A stretch of 64,000 nucleotides of DNA. Source: an uncultured Actinomycetota bacterium. Lineage in GTDB: Bacteria > Actinomycetota > Coriobacteriia > Anaerosomatales > JAGXFU01. This document shows, piece by piece, positions 1 to 9,064 of this stretch. The stretch is taken from contig CAWBOJ010000006.1 of assembly GCA_963790405.1 (NCBI GenBank), positions 380,858-444,857 on the forward strand. Direction: 5' to 3'. The first letter of the stretch is position 1; every line of letters starts with the position of its first letter. The notes under the pieces are model-generated. The model ran no database searches and was not told the DNA's origin. It saw nothing but the letters and a program-made list of their open reading frames with translations. The translations under genes were made by a program, and so were the position numbers.

Positions 1-1
1 C

Positions 2-2486
2 GGGGTCGTTGTCGCGTGGGACCTTGGCAGGCCTCAGTTCAGAATCGATGCGCTCGAGCAGTACAAGGCACATCGGCCGCCCACGGCGCCCGAACTCAAG
101 GACCAGTTCCCGATGGCCAAGCAAGTGCTTGAGGCGCTCGACGTGCCGCAGGTCGAGTTCGAGGGCTGGGAGGCAGATGACCTGCTGGGAACACTGGCCA
201 CCCGTGGTGCTGCGGCCGGGATCGAGATACTGCTTGTCACCGGCGATCGCGACGCGCTCCAGCTCGTGAACGATTCGGTACGCGTGGTCTCGACCAAGAA
301 GGGCATCACGGACATCAAGATCTACGATGCCGCGGCGGTCGAAGGAGCGCTTCGGTATCACGCCGGCGCAGGTGCCGGACTATCTCGGACTCAAGGGCGA
401 CACGTCTGACAACATTCCAGGCGTGCCCGGAATCGGCGAGAAGACCGCCGCCAAGCTGCTTGCCGAATACGGCACGCTCGAAGCGGTGCTTGAGCACGCG
501 GGTGAGATCAAGGGCAAGCTCGGCGAGAACCTGCGCGAGCACGCTGATGCCGCCTATGTGAGCCGCACCGTTGCGACGATCGTCTGCGACGCGCCGATCG
601 AACTCGACCTGTCCGGCGTGAGGTGGGGCACCTACGATCCGGCCACGGTCGCTCGGGCCTTCAGCGAACTACGCTTCACGACCCTGCTGGACCGGTTGTT
701 GGCCCTGGATCTCGAGACAAGCGACGAGAGTCCATTGCCTGTTGCACCCGCACCTGACGAGTGGACGCTGCTCCGAGGAGAGCGGGCTGCAGAGCAGATT
801 CGGGCGTGGGCTGACGACGAGGCATGGGTCGGCGTGGCACTCGATGACGGCACGACGGACTCACTGTTCGCGATGAAGCGAGACGTGGCAGCCGCGTCGC
901 ACGGGGCTGTTGCGCTCGTCGATTCCTCGGCCACAGAACAGGTGTGGGCGACGCTGCTGGCCACGGCACGTGTAGCGGCAGGTGATGTGAAGGATCTGCT
1001 TCACGAGTTGTGCCCTCCGCAGACCGACGGCCGATGCGATACCTCGTTTGAGGAAGTGGCTGCCACACGGCTGTTTGACTGTGCGATTGCGGCGTACCTT
1101 CTGGACTCGAACCGTTCGAGCTACGATCTCGCGAGCCTTTCGGCGGACTACTTGTCGCGGCCGGTTGCCGCGAGTGCCGAAGAGCACGACCGGGTCGCAT
1201 CTTTCGCTCGAGCCGCTGTGGAACTCGCGCCCGTGCTGGAGACCCGACTGCGTGATGATGGCTCGTGGGACGTGTTCGAACGTATCGAGATGCCACTGAT
1301 CGCTGTGCTGGCACGCATGGAGCGGGCCGGTGTCGGTCTGGACACGACAGTGCTGGAGAATCTCGGAGCCGAGACGAAAGGGCGAATCACGGAGCTTGCT
1401 CAACGCATCCGCGAGGCCGCGGACGCTGATTTCAATGTCGACTCGCCCAAGCAGCTCGCCGAGATTCTGTTCGAGCGCATGGGGCTGCCGCACACAAAAC
1501 GTACGAAGACCGGATACAGTACGGATGCCTCGGTGTTGCGAGAATTAGCTGCCGCGGGACACGATATCGCTCAACTCGTGATGGACTACCGCGAGCTTGC
1601 GAAGCTCCAGTCCACGTACATCGAGGCTCTGCCCCAGCTCGTGGCCGAGGACGGGCGTATTCACACGACATTCAACCAGACGGTGGCCGCGACCGGGCGG
1701 CTCTCGAGTACGAACCCCAACCTGCAAAACATCCCGGTCCGAACCGAATTCGGCAGGCGGATCAGAGCCGCGTTCGTGCCGGCCGACAAGGGCGATGTCA
1801 TAGTCGGGGCCGACTACTCGCAGATCGAGCTGCGCATACTTGCTCACTTGTCGGGCGACACGGGACTCATCGAAGCGTTCACCAGTGGTGTGGATTTCCA
1901 TGCTGCCACGGCCGCACGGGTATTCGGCATCGCCGTTGACGAGGTCACGACGGGCTATCGATCGCGCGCCAAAGCCGTCAATTTCGGAATCGTCTACGGA
2001 CAGTCGGCCCATGGCCTCGCCGAGTCACTCAAGATCACTCACGCCGAGGCGCAAGAGATGATCGATCGCTACTACGCCGCATATCCTGGCGTGCGGCGGT
2101 TCCTCGACGACACGATCGCACGTGCCCATCAGGATGGCTACGCTGTGACGATGTTCGGCCGCAAACGACGGATTCCCGAGCTTGTCAGCCGCAACTACAA
2201 TCTGCGTTCGTTCGGAGAGCGAACGGCGATGAACCATCCGATGCAAGGTACCGCAGCAGATATCATCAAGTTGGCGATGATCGAAGTGGATCACCGCCTA
2301 CAGGACAGCGGACTGCGGTCTCGAATGCTTCTACAGGTGCACGACGAGCTCGTGTTCGAGGCACCGTCCGAGGAGGTCGAGCCGTTGACGCGACTTGTGA
2401 GCGAGGCGATGAGTGGGGTGACCGAGCTGGCCGTTCCGCTTGAGGTGGATGTCAGTACCGGCGTGAATTGGGCGGAGGCGAAATGA
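2..2486 (+). CDS. polA: DNA polymerase I (5'-truncated by window edge; one frameshift near 340)
   Basis: 5'-3' exonuclease motifs (EADDLLGTLA, VTGDRD, GDTSDNIPGVPGIGEKTA) split across ORFs 113-409 and 327-2486; polymerase motifs DYSQIELR, AKAVNFGIVYG, QVHDEL. Confidence 0.97.
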
Positions 2487-3317
2487 ACTGGCGTGCTGTG
2501 AGTGGGGTAGTCTTGGCCGCTGTTCTGGCGGGGACTCTATGTGCATGTGGCTCGGGGGATTCGGACGTGCCGGTAGATCCGGCGTCGGTCGAGGAGACCT
2601 CTCCAACGGTCAAGCCGGTGCCTGATCTGGTGAACATGACCGCGGGTGCCGCGGTTCAAGCAGCCGAAGCGAGCGGCAGGACGTCATATCTCTTCGGAGC
2701 TGGCATCCACGCATTTACGCCGGGAGCGGCTCCCGGCACAGCGGGAACGATCGTGACCGCCTACAAAGTGGCTGACGTCGATGTGTACATTCGCATCGGT
2801 TCTGACGAGACCACGATGTCGATCGAGGAGCCCAGTCCCTGGTGGTACGAGGGCCACTGGGGGAAAGTGCGGACCGAGGGCTTGGGCGAGTGCTTCGGAT
2901 GCCACGGGGAGTCGTACTGCGAGGACTGTCATGTGCAGCACGATGTGGACATCAGCGGCATTCAGACGATTGGCCGTGCGCGAGGAGCTGCCCTACGAGG
3001 TGTTTCGACCGCTGGCTGTCCTCGGCTCACCATTCGTTTTGCGAGGCACAGCGTGGACCTACGAGGATGAGCCGACATTCACCCTCGAAGGACCAAAGGA
3101 CGAAGAAGCGGCGCGCGAGGCGCTCCTGCTGACCCTTCCGAAGGTCTTCGCAGATCAAACCGTCACTCCGCGTGTGTTCTATGACTTCGTCGAACCGCGG
3201 GAGGTGGAGGGCTTCTTGACCGTCGAGATTTCGCAGGAGACGGCGAAGAGCGTGGACTGGGAGACTGTCACGGCCGACGAGCTGCCCGGCGTAGTCGACT
3301 CCTACGTGTTGAAGTAG
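2483..3317 (+). CDS. Putative lipoprotein with PASTA-like segment and two c-type heme motifs (probable frameshift near 2960-2980)
   Basis: ATG overlaps polA stop; lipobox-like LCAC; VPDLVNMT PASTA-like start; CFGCH and CEDCH; protein-like continuation in ORF frame 2781-3317. Confidence 0.65.
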
Positions 3318-3441
3318 ACAAGGCTCGCACGTGCGCATTCTGGGACTCGCACTGTTCGCGGCCATGCTCGTGGGGCTAGCGGTCGCGCAAGACGTCAAGT
3401 TCGTTCGAAGCGCTCGGCTGGTACTCGGCGTATTCGCACGG

Positions 3442-3615
3442 TATAATCTGCGTTCGGTGTCAAGGGCGGGATGAACGTCCGACGCCGAAAGTAATGTAGG
3501 CCCCCGAGATGCATGACGCTCTGTAGGCGACGATTCGACCTGTAACCAACGATTCGGACCTGTAGGCAACCTAGTGCATGGCACGGGGCCCCGACTGTGA
3601 AAGGGGCCAACCGAC
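3442..3615 (+). promoter_or_regulatory. rpsA -10 element (TATAAT) and long structured 5' leader
   Basis: TATAAT at 3442-3447; repeated CTGTAG / ACGATTCG units and GGCCCC/GGGGCC pairings before GTG at 3616. Confidence 0.5.
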
Positions 3616-5243
3616 GTGAGTGAGTACGAGAACGACTCGGTCGTAGAGAAGACCGAGTACACCGATGAGGAGATGCACGCCCTCATCGACGAAACGATGA
3701 CCGATTTCGACGAGGGCGACCTGGTCAGCGGTACCATCGTGAAGGTCGAGCGAGATGAAGTGCTGCTCGACATCGGCTACAAATCCGAAGGTGTCATTCC
3801 GGCCCGTGAGCTTTCGATTCGCAAGGACGCCAACCCAGCCGACATCGTGTCGGTCGGCGATGCGGTCGAAGCTCTAGTTCTCCAGAAGGAGGACAAAGAC
3901 GGCCGCCTCATCCTTTCGAAGAAGCGTGCTGAGTACGAGCGCGCCTGGTCTCAGATCGAGGAGAAGTTCAACAGCGGCGAAGACGTCGAAGGCGAGGTCA
4001 TCGAGGTCGTCAAGGGCGGTCTCATTCTCGACATCGGCCTGCGCGGTTTCCTGCCGGCATCTCTCGTCGATCTTCGCCGTGTGAAGGATCTCGCTTCGTT
4101 CATGGGCGATCGTCTCGAGGCTCGCGTAATCGAGATGGATCGCAATCGCAACAACGTCGTTCTCTCGCGCCGCGTGGTGCTGGAGGAGGGCCGCAAGGAA
4201 GAGCGTGCCGCGATTCTCGGCAAGCTCGAGAAGGGCATGATCCTACCGGGTGCCGTGTCCAGTATCGTGGACTTCGGTGCCTTCGTGGACCTGGGCGGTA
4301 TCGACGGTCTGGTGCACATCTCCGAGCTGTCCTGGAGCCACGTCAACCACCCGTCCGAGGTCGTCAAAGTCGGCGACAAGGTCGAGGTCAAGGTTCTCGA
4401 CGTCGATCTGAGCCGCGAGCGCATCTCGCTCGGTCTCAAGCAGACTCAGCCCGACCCGTGGCAGGAGCTTGTCAAGAAGTTCCCCGTGGGCTCGATCATC
4501 GAGGGCAATGTCACGAAGCTCGTGCCGTTTGGCGCGTTCGTGCAGCTTGAGGACGGCGTCGAGGGTCTCGTGCATATCTCCGAGATGGCGCGCGGACATG
4601 TCGAGACGCCCGAGCAGGTCACCGCAGTTGGCGAGCACGTCCACATCAAGGTGATGGATGTCGATCTGGACCGCCGACGCATCTCGCTTTCGATGCGTGC
4701 TGCCGGCGAGGCGCTTGGCACCGTGATCGAGGTTCCGAGCAAGGAAGAGCTCGAGGAGAAGGCTGCGCTAGAAGCCGCCGAGGCCGGCGAGGGTGAAGTC
4801 ACCGAGGAAGCCGTCGAAGCTGGTGCCTTGGTTGCCGGAGAGACTCTGTCGTCGTCGAGGAAATCGGCGAGGAAGCCGAAGTCGAGGCTGAGCCAGAAGT
4901 CGCCGAAGAGGCCGCTGAAGAAGCTGCCGAAGAGGTAGCCGAAGAGGTTGCCGAAGAGGTCGCCGAAGAGGTCGCCGAAGAGGTCGCTGAAGAAGTCGCC
5001 GAAGAAGTCGCCGAAGAGGTCGCTGAAGAAGCTGTCGAAGCTGCCGAGGAGACCGAAGAGGTCGCTGAAGAGGCCGCTGAAGAAGTCGCCGAAGAGGTTG
5101 CCGAGGAGACTGAAGAGGTCGCCGAAGAAGTAGCTGAAGAGGTCGCCGAGGAGGCTGCCGACTCCGATGAGGTTGAAACCGAAGTCGAAGAGGCGGAAGC
5201 TGATAGCGAGGCGGACGATATAGACGAGGCCGAGAAAGAGTAG
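3616..5243 (+). CDS. rpsA: 30S ribosomal protein S1 with acidic C-terminal tail (frameshift near 4850)
   Basis: Four S1 repeats (LLDIGYKSEGVIP, FGAFVDLGGIDGLVHISELSW); shifted frame gives an EEVA-repeat tail ending TAG 5241-5243 just before a terminator. Confidence 0.95.
4895..5165 (+). repeat. Degenerate 12-bp tandem repeat (GCCGAAGAGGTC-like) encoding (AEEV)n
   Basis: Seen directly in sequence. Confidence 0.9.
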
Positions 5244-5267
5244 CGGCGACGTCATACCTACACTCGT

Positions 5268-5310
5268 AAGGGGCCGGGTCCGCGAAATGCGTGACTCGGC
5301 CCTTTCTTCT
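5268..5310 (+). terminator. Intrinsic terminator after rpsA
   Basis: GGGCCGGGTC...GACTCGGCCC hairpin followed by TTTCTTCT. Confidence 0.75.
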
Positions 5311-5326
5311 GGGGAGGGACGTACGC

Positions 5327-5935
5327 ATGTACGTAATCGCGGTCACCGGGGGCATGGGATCGGGCAAGTCCGAGGCATGTGAGTACTTCCGTGGCAGAGG
5401 CGCAATCGTCCTGGATTTGGATGACATAGCGCATCGCGTGATTGAACCCGGCGGACTGGCCTACGAGCGCCTGGTTGAGCGATTCGGACAAGACGTGCTT
5501 GCCGATGATGGGAAGGTCGACCGCGCCAAGCTCGCAGAGATCGTCTTCGGCCACGCGGACACCCTCCAGGATCTGAACCGCATCGTCCACCCAGCAGTGC
5601 TCAAGGAGGTAGTCGAAGGCATCACGAGTCTTAGACTCATGGAACGACCGCCGCGAATCGTGGTACTTGAGATTCCGCTACTGGCTGAGGCACCGGTGTT
5701 CGCCGATGTAGCGGACACTGTGGTGGCGCTCTCGGCTCCGGTCGATGTTCGACTGCGACGCTCCGTGCAAGCGGGAATGGATCCTCTCGATGCCAGCCGA
5801 CGTATCGCGAGGCAGGCTACAGACGACGAGCGCTCTGCGCTCGCAGACTACACGATCAACAACTCGGGCACTCTCGAGGATCTGCGTCGCTGTCTGGACG
5901 ACTACTGGAGCGAGGTGGCGCCGAGTGATACGTAG
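5327..5935 (+). CDS. coaE: Dephospho-CoA kinase
   Basis: VTGGMGSGKS P-loop, DRAKLAEIVF, LNRIVHPAV; GGAGGG RBS before ATG 5327. Confidence 0.92.
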   Translation: MYVIAVTGGMGSGKSEACEYFRGRGAIVLDLDDIAHRVIEPGGLAYERLVERFGQDVLADDGKVDRAKLAEIVFGHADTLQDLNRIVHPAVLKEVVEGITSLRLMERPPRIVVLEIPLLAEAPVFADVADTVVALSAPVDVRLRRSVQAGMDPLDASRRIARQATDDERSALADYTINNSGTLEDLRRCLDDYWSEVAPSDT

Positions 5936-6545
5936 CAGCATCCTTGCACCGCACCGGCTCATTATTGCCGGCGTGGTCATGTTGCTCGCTACCTTCACGT
6001 TTCTGTTTCTACGAGGTCCGGATTTCTGGCAGCGAATCTACTACCCGTTGCCGGATGAGTACAGCGAGGCAATCGAAGCGTCGGCCGCTCGGCACGATGT
6101 GAACCCCTACCTGGTCGCCGCAGTCATCGACGCTGAGTCCGACTGGCGTGCCGATATCGTGTCCGAGGCAGGTGCTGTCGGGCTGATGCAGGTGCTTCCA
6201 GAGACTGCCGAGGAACTGCGGACCGAGGGATACGTTGACCTTGACGATGTAGTTGGCGACACCGTCGCGAACGACCCGGGCGCATCGTTGTCAGACCCCT
6301 CTGTCAATATCGAGTACGGGACCGCGTATCTGAGGTTTCTGGTGGAGCGATATCACGAGGTCGAACCAGCCCTTGCGGCATACAACGCCGGCATCGGGAA
6401 CGTTGACGAATGGGTTGAACGAGAAGAGGACATACGCGATGCTATCGAGTTCCCAGAGACGCGTCACTACGTTCTCCGGGTGGCGCGGGCACGCGATGTC
6501 TACGAGCGGCTGTATCCGGATGTCTTCCCTGATTGGAGCGAGTAG
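5925..6545 (+). CDS. Lytic transglycosylase (SLT domain) with N-terminal membrane anchor
   Basis: AVIDAESDW, GAVGLMQVLP, ALAAYNAG, ETRHYV motifs; position after coaE. Confidence 0.9.
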   Translation: MIRSSILAPHRLIIAGVVMLLATFTFLFLRGPDFWQRIYYPLPDEYSEAIEASAARHDVNPYLVAAVIDAESDWRADIVSEAGAVGLMQVLPETAEELRTEGYVDLDDVVGDTVANDPGASLSDPSVNIEYGTAYLRFLVERYHEVEPALAAYNAGIGNVDEWVEREEDIRDAIEFPETRHYVLRVARARDVYERLYPDVFPDWSE

Positions 6546-6548
6546 GGC

Positions 6549-8621
6549 ATGACCGACAATCGGCTGAAGGTCGTCTCGAAGTACGAACCTGCGGGAGATC
6601 AGCCCAAAGCGATTGCTGAACTCGCAGAGGGGGTTCGGTCCGGTTTGCGCTACCAGACGCTTCTGGGTGTAACGGGGTCCGGCAAGACGTTCACGATGGC
6701 GAATCTGATTGAGCAGGTTCAGAAACCCACTCTTATCATGGCTCCGAACAAGACACTGGCTGCGCAGCTCGCCGCTGAACTGCGAGAAGTCATGCCCGAC
6801 AACGCCGTCGTGTACTTCGTTTCCTACTACGACTATTACCAGCCCGAGGCGTACGTTCCGACCACTGACACATTTATCGAGAAGGACTCAAGCATCAATG
6901 CCGAGGTGGAGAAACTGAGGCATGCGGCCACTGCTGCCCTGTTGTCACGTCGGGATGTCGTGGTCGTGGCGAGCGTTTCATGCATCTACGGCATCGGTTC
7001 GCCTGAGGACTATGCGGGTACCGCAGTGCTGCTTTCGACAACCAAGACCTACGACCGAGACGACCTGATCCGCGATCTGATTGACATCCAGTACGACCGG
7101 AACGACTACGAACTCACGCGCGGCGCCTTCAGGGTGCGAGGAGATGTCATCGACGTCTTCCCTCCGTATGCGGATCATCCGATTCGGGTGGAGCTTCTCG
7201 GCGACGAGGTTGATTCCATTGCCGAGGTCGATCAGGTCACGGGAGAGGTCATTGCGGAGATCAACTCGGTGCCTGTGTGGCCCGCGACGCACTATGTGAC
7301 CACACCGGAGAATCTGCAGCGAGGTATGACACGGATTCGAGATGAGCTGCGGGACCGCCTGCAGGAATTCAAGGCCGAAGGCAAGCTTCTCGAGGCGCAG
7401 CGACTCGAGATGAGGACGAGCTACGACCTGGAAATGCTTGAGACGATGGGGTTCTGCTCGGGTATCGAGAACTACTCTCGCCACCTTGATGGGAGGGAAC
7501 CGGGGGAGCCATCCTTCACGCTCATCGATTACTTCCCGAAGGACTTCCTGTGCGTGATCGACGAGTCTCACATCACGTTGCCTCAGATCAGAGGCATGCA
7601 TGAGGGCGATCGCTCACGCAAGCTCACACTTGTCGACCACGGATTCCGGCTGCCCAGCGCACTGGACAACCGGCCCTTGCGCTTCGACGAGTTCGAGCAG
7701 CGAGTACCACAGTTCATACATGTCTCGGCAACCCCAGGTGATTACGAGATGCGCGTGTCGGAGAAGGTTGTTGAGCAGATCATCCGCCCGACCGGGCTGG
7801 TTGATCCCGAGGTCGTCGTCCGACCTGCGAAAGGGCAGATTGACGACCTGATTGCTGAGGTCAAGGAGCGGGTCGAGCGTGACGAACGCATTCTGGTCAC
7901 AACGCTCACCAAGAAGATGGCCGAGGACTTGACGGACTATCTGTTCGAGCAGGGTGTCAAAGCTCGGTATCTGCACTCGGACATCGGGACTTTCGAGCGA
8001 GTCGATATCCTGCGCGATTTGAGGCTCGGGGAGTTTGATTGTCTCGTCGGCATCAACTTGCTGCGCGAAGGACTTGATCTGCCGGAGGTCTCGCTCGTTG
8101 CCATCCTCGACGCCGATAAGGAAGGCTTCCTACGCAATCACCGCTCGTTGATTCAGACGATCGGGCGCGCCGCACGCAACGTCTCGGGCAGAGTCGTGAT
8201 GTACGCGGACAAGTTCACCGATTCGATGCGGGCGGCGATCGACGAGACGAACCGGCGTCGCGAGATCCAGGTCACGTACAACGAAGAGCATGGCATCGAG
8301 CCGACGACCATCCGCAAGGCGATCGCTGACATCGTTCAGTACGCGCGCGAAGGGGACGCACAGTACACGACTGCGGCCGAGGCGGCAAAGGAACTCGCCA
8401 AGCTTCCACGCGACGAAGTGCTGCGTTTGATCGACACGCTTGAAGAGGACATGGGTGTGGCTGCGGAGCTGCTGGACTTCGAAGGTGCAGCTCGTTTGAG
8501 GGACCAAGTCGTGAAGCTGCGAGCTGAGATCGAGTCGTCGAGCGAGGACGACGCACTCAAACGGCTGAGGCAGGGCGCGCGCAAAGGAAGCACGTACGGT
8601 TCGCGGCGCAAGAAGCGGTAG
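6549..8621 (+). CDS. uvrB: Excinuclease ABC subunit B
   Basis: [40 protein letters not shown]. Confidence 0.98.
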   Translation: MTDNRLKVVSKYEPAGDQPKAIAELAEGVRSGLRYQTLLGVTGSGKTFTMANLIEQVQKPTLIMAPNKTLAAQLAAELREVMPDNAVVYFVSYYDYYQPEAYVPTTDTFIEKDSSINAEVEKLRHAATAALLSRRDVVVVASVSCIYGIGSPEDYAGTAVLLSTTKTYDRDDLIRDLIDIQYDRNDYELTRGAFRVRGDVIDVFPPYADHPIRVELLGDEVDSIAEVDQVTGEVIAEINSVPVWPATHYVTTPENLQRGMTRIRDELRDRLQEFKAEGKLLEAQRLEMRTSYDLEMLETMGFCSGIENYSRHLDGREPGEPSFTLIDYFPKDFLCVIDESHITLPQIRGMHEGDRSRKLTLVDHGFRLPSALDNRPLRFDEFEQRVPQFIHVSATPGDYEMRVSEKVVEQIIRPTGLVDPEVVVRPAKGQIDDLIAEVKERVERDERILVTTLTKKMAEDLTDYLFEQGVKARYLHSDIGTFERVDILRDLRLGEFDCLVGINLLREGLDLPEVSLVAILDADKEGFLRNHRSLIQTIGRAARNVSGRVVMYADKFTDSMRAAIDETNRRREIQVTYNEEHGIEPTTIRKAIADIVQYAREGDAQYTTAAEAAKELAKLPRDEVLRLIDTLEEDMGVAAELLDFEGAARLRDQVVKLRAEIESSSEDDALKRLRQGARKGSTYGSRRKKR

Positions 8622-8659
8622 GCCGAGCGGTTCGCGTTTGCGGTTTCTCTCTGGGGTGT

Positions 8660-8692
8660 CATACTGGTCATATGAACGAGCGCTCATATGAC
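8660..8692 (+). promoter_or_regulatory. ArsR/SmtB-type 12-2-12 operator overlapping the start codon of a probably leaderless transcript
   Basis: GTCATATGAACG-AG-CGCTCATATGAC at 8667-8692; extended -10 TGtCATACT ending 6 nt before ATG 8672. Confidence 0.8.
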
Positions 8693-9064
8693 ATCACCCG
8701 AGATGCCAAGTGTGAGACGACTGCGGTCGATTGTGAAATGGTCGCGCAGGTAGTCGCTGCTCTACCGCAGCAAGAACTCGCCGACGCGGTCGCCCGATTG
8801 TTCGATGCGTTGTCGGATCCGACGCGGTTGCGCGTTCTCAACGCCTTGGCCGTGAGTGAGCTGTGCGTGTGTGACCTTGCGGAGATTGCCGAGGTCAGCC
8901 AGTCAGGCGTGAGTCATCAGTTGCGCGTCTTGCGCGACCTGGATCTCGTTGCCTTTCGGCGCGAGGGACGTCGCGCGATATACCGGCTGGCCGACGAGCA
9001 CGTCAGAGCACTCGTGTCGGTTGCGACCGAACACGCGAACGAGCGGTTCGAGGGCGACCGATGA
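8672..9064 (+). CDS. ArsR/SmtB (CadC-like) metal-responsive repressor
   Basis: ALSDPTRLRVL, ELCVCDL, SQSGVSHQLRVL; N-terminal cysteines. Confidence 0.92.
   Translation: MNERSYDITRDAKCETTAVDCEMVAQVVAALPQQELADAVARLFDALSDPTRLRVLNALAVSELCVCDLAEIAEVSQSGVSHQLRVLRDLDLVAFRREGRRAIYRLADEHVRALVSVATEHANERFEGDR

Noticed and set aside
4850-5133. Histone-like basic (PKRS)n tail or ORF 4948-5133, and antisense repeat ORFs
   Set aside because: These are alternative frames of the 12-bp repeat. The AEEV frame is continuous to a stop just before the terminator and matches the acidic composition upstream.
4895-5165. Possible CRISPR array
   Set aside because: Tandem coding repeat with no unique spacers, and no cas genes in the window
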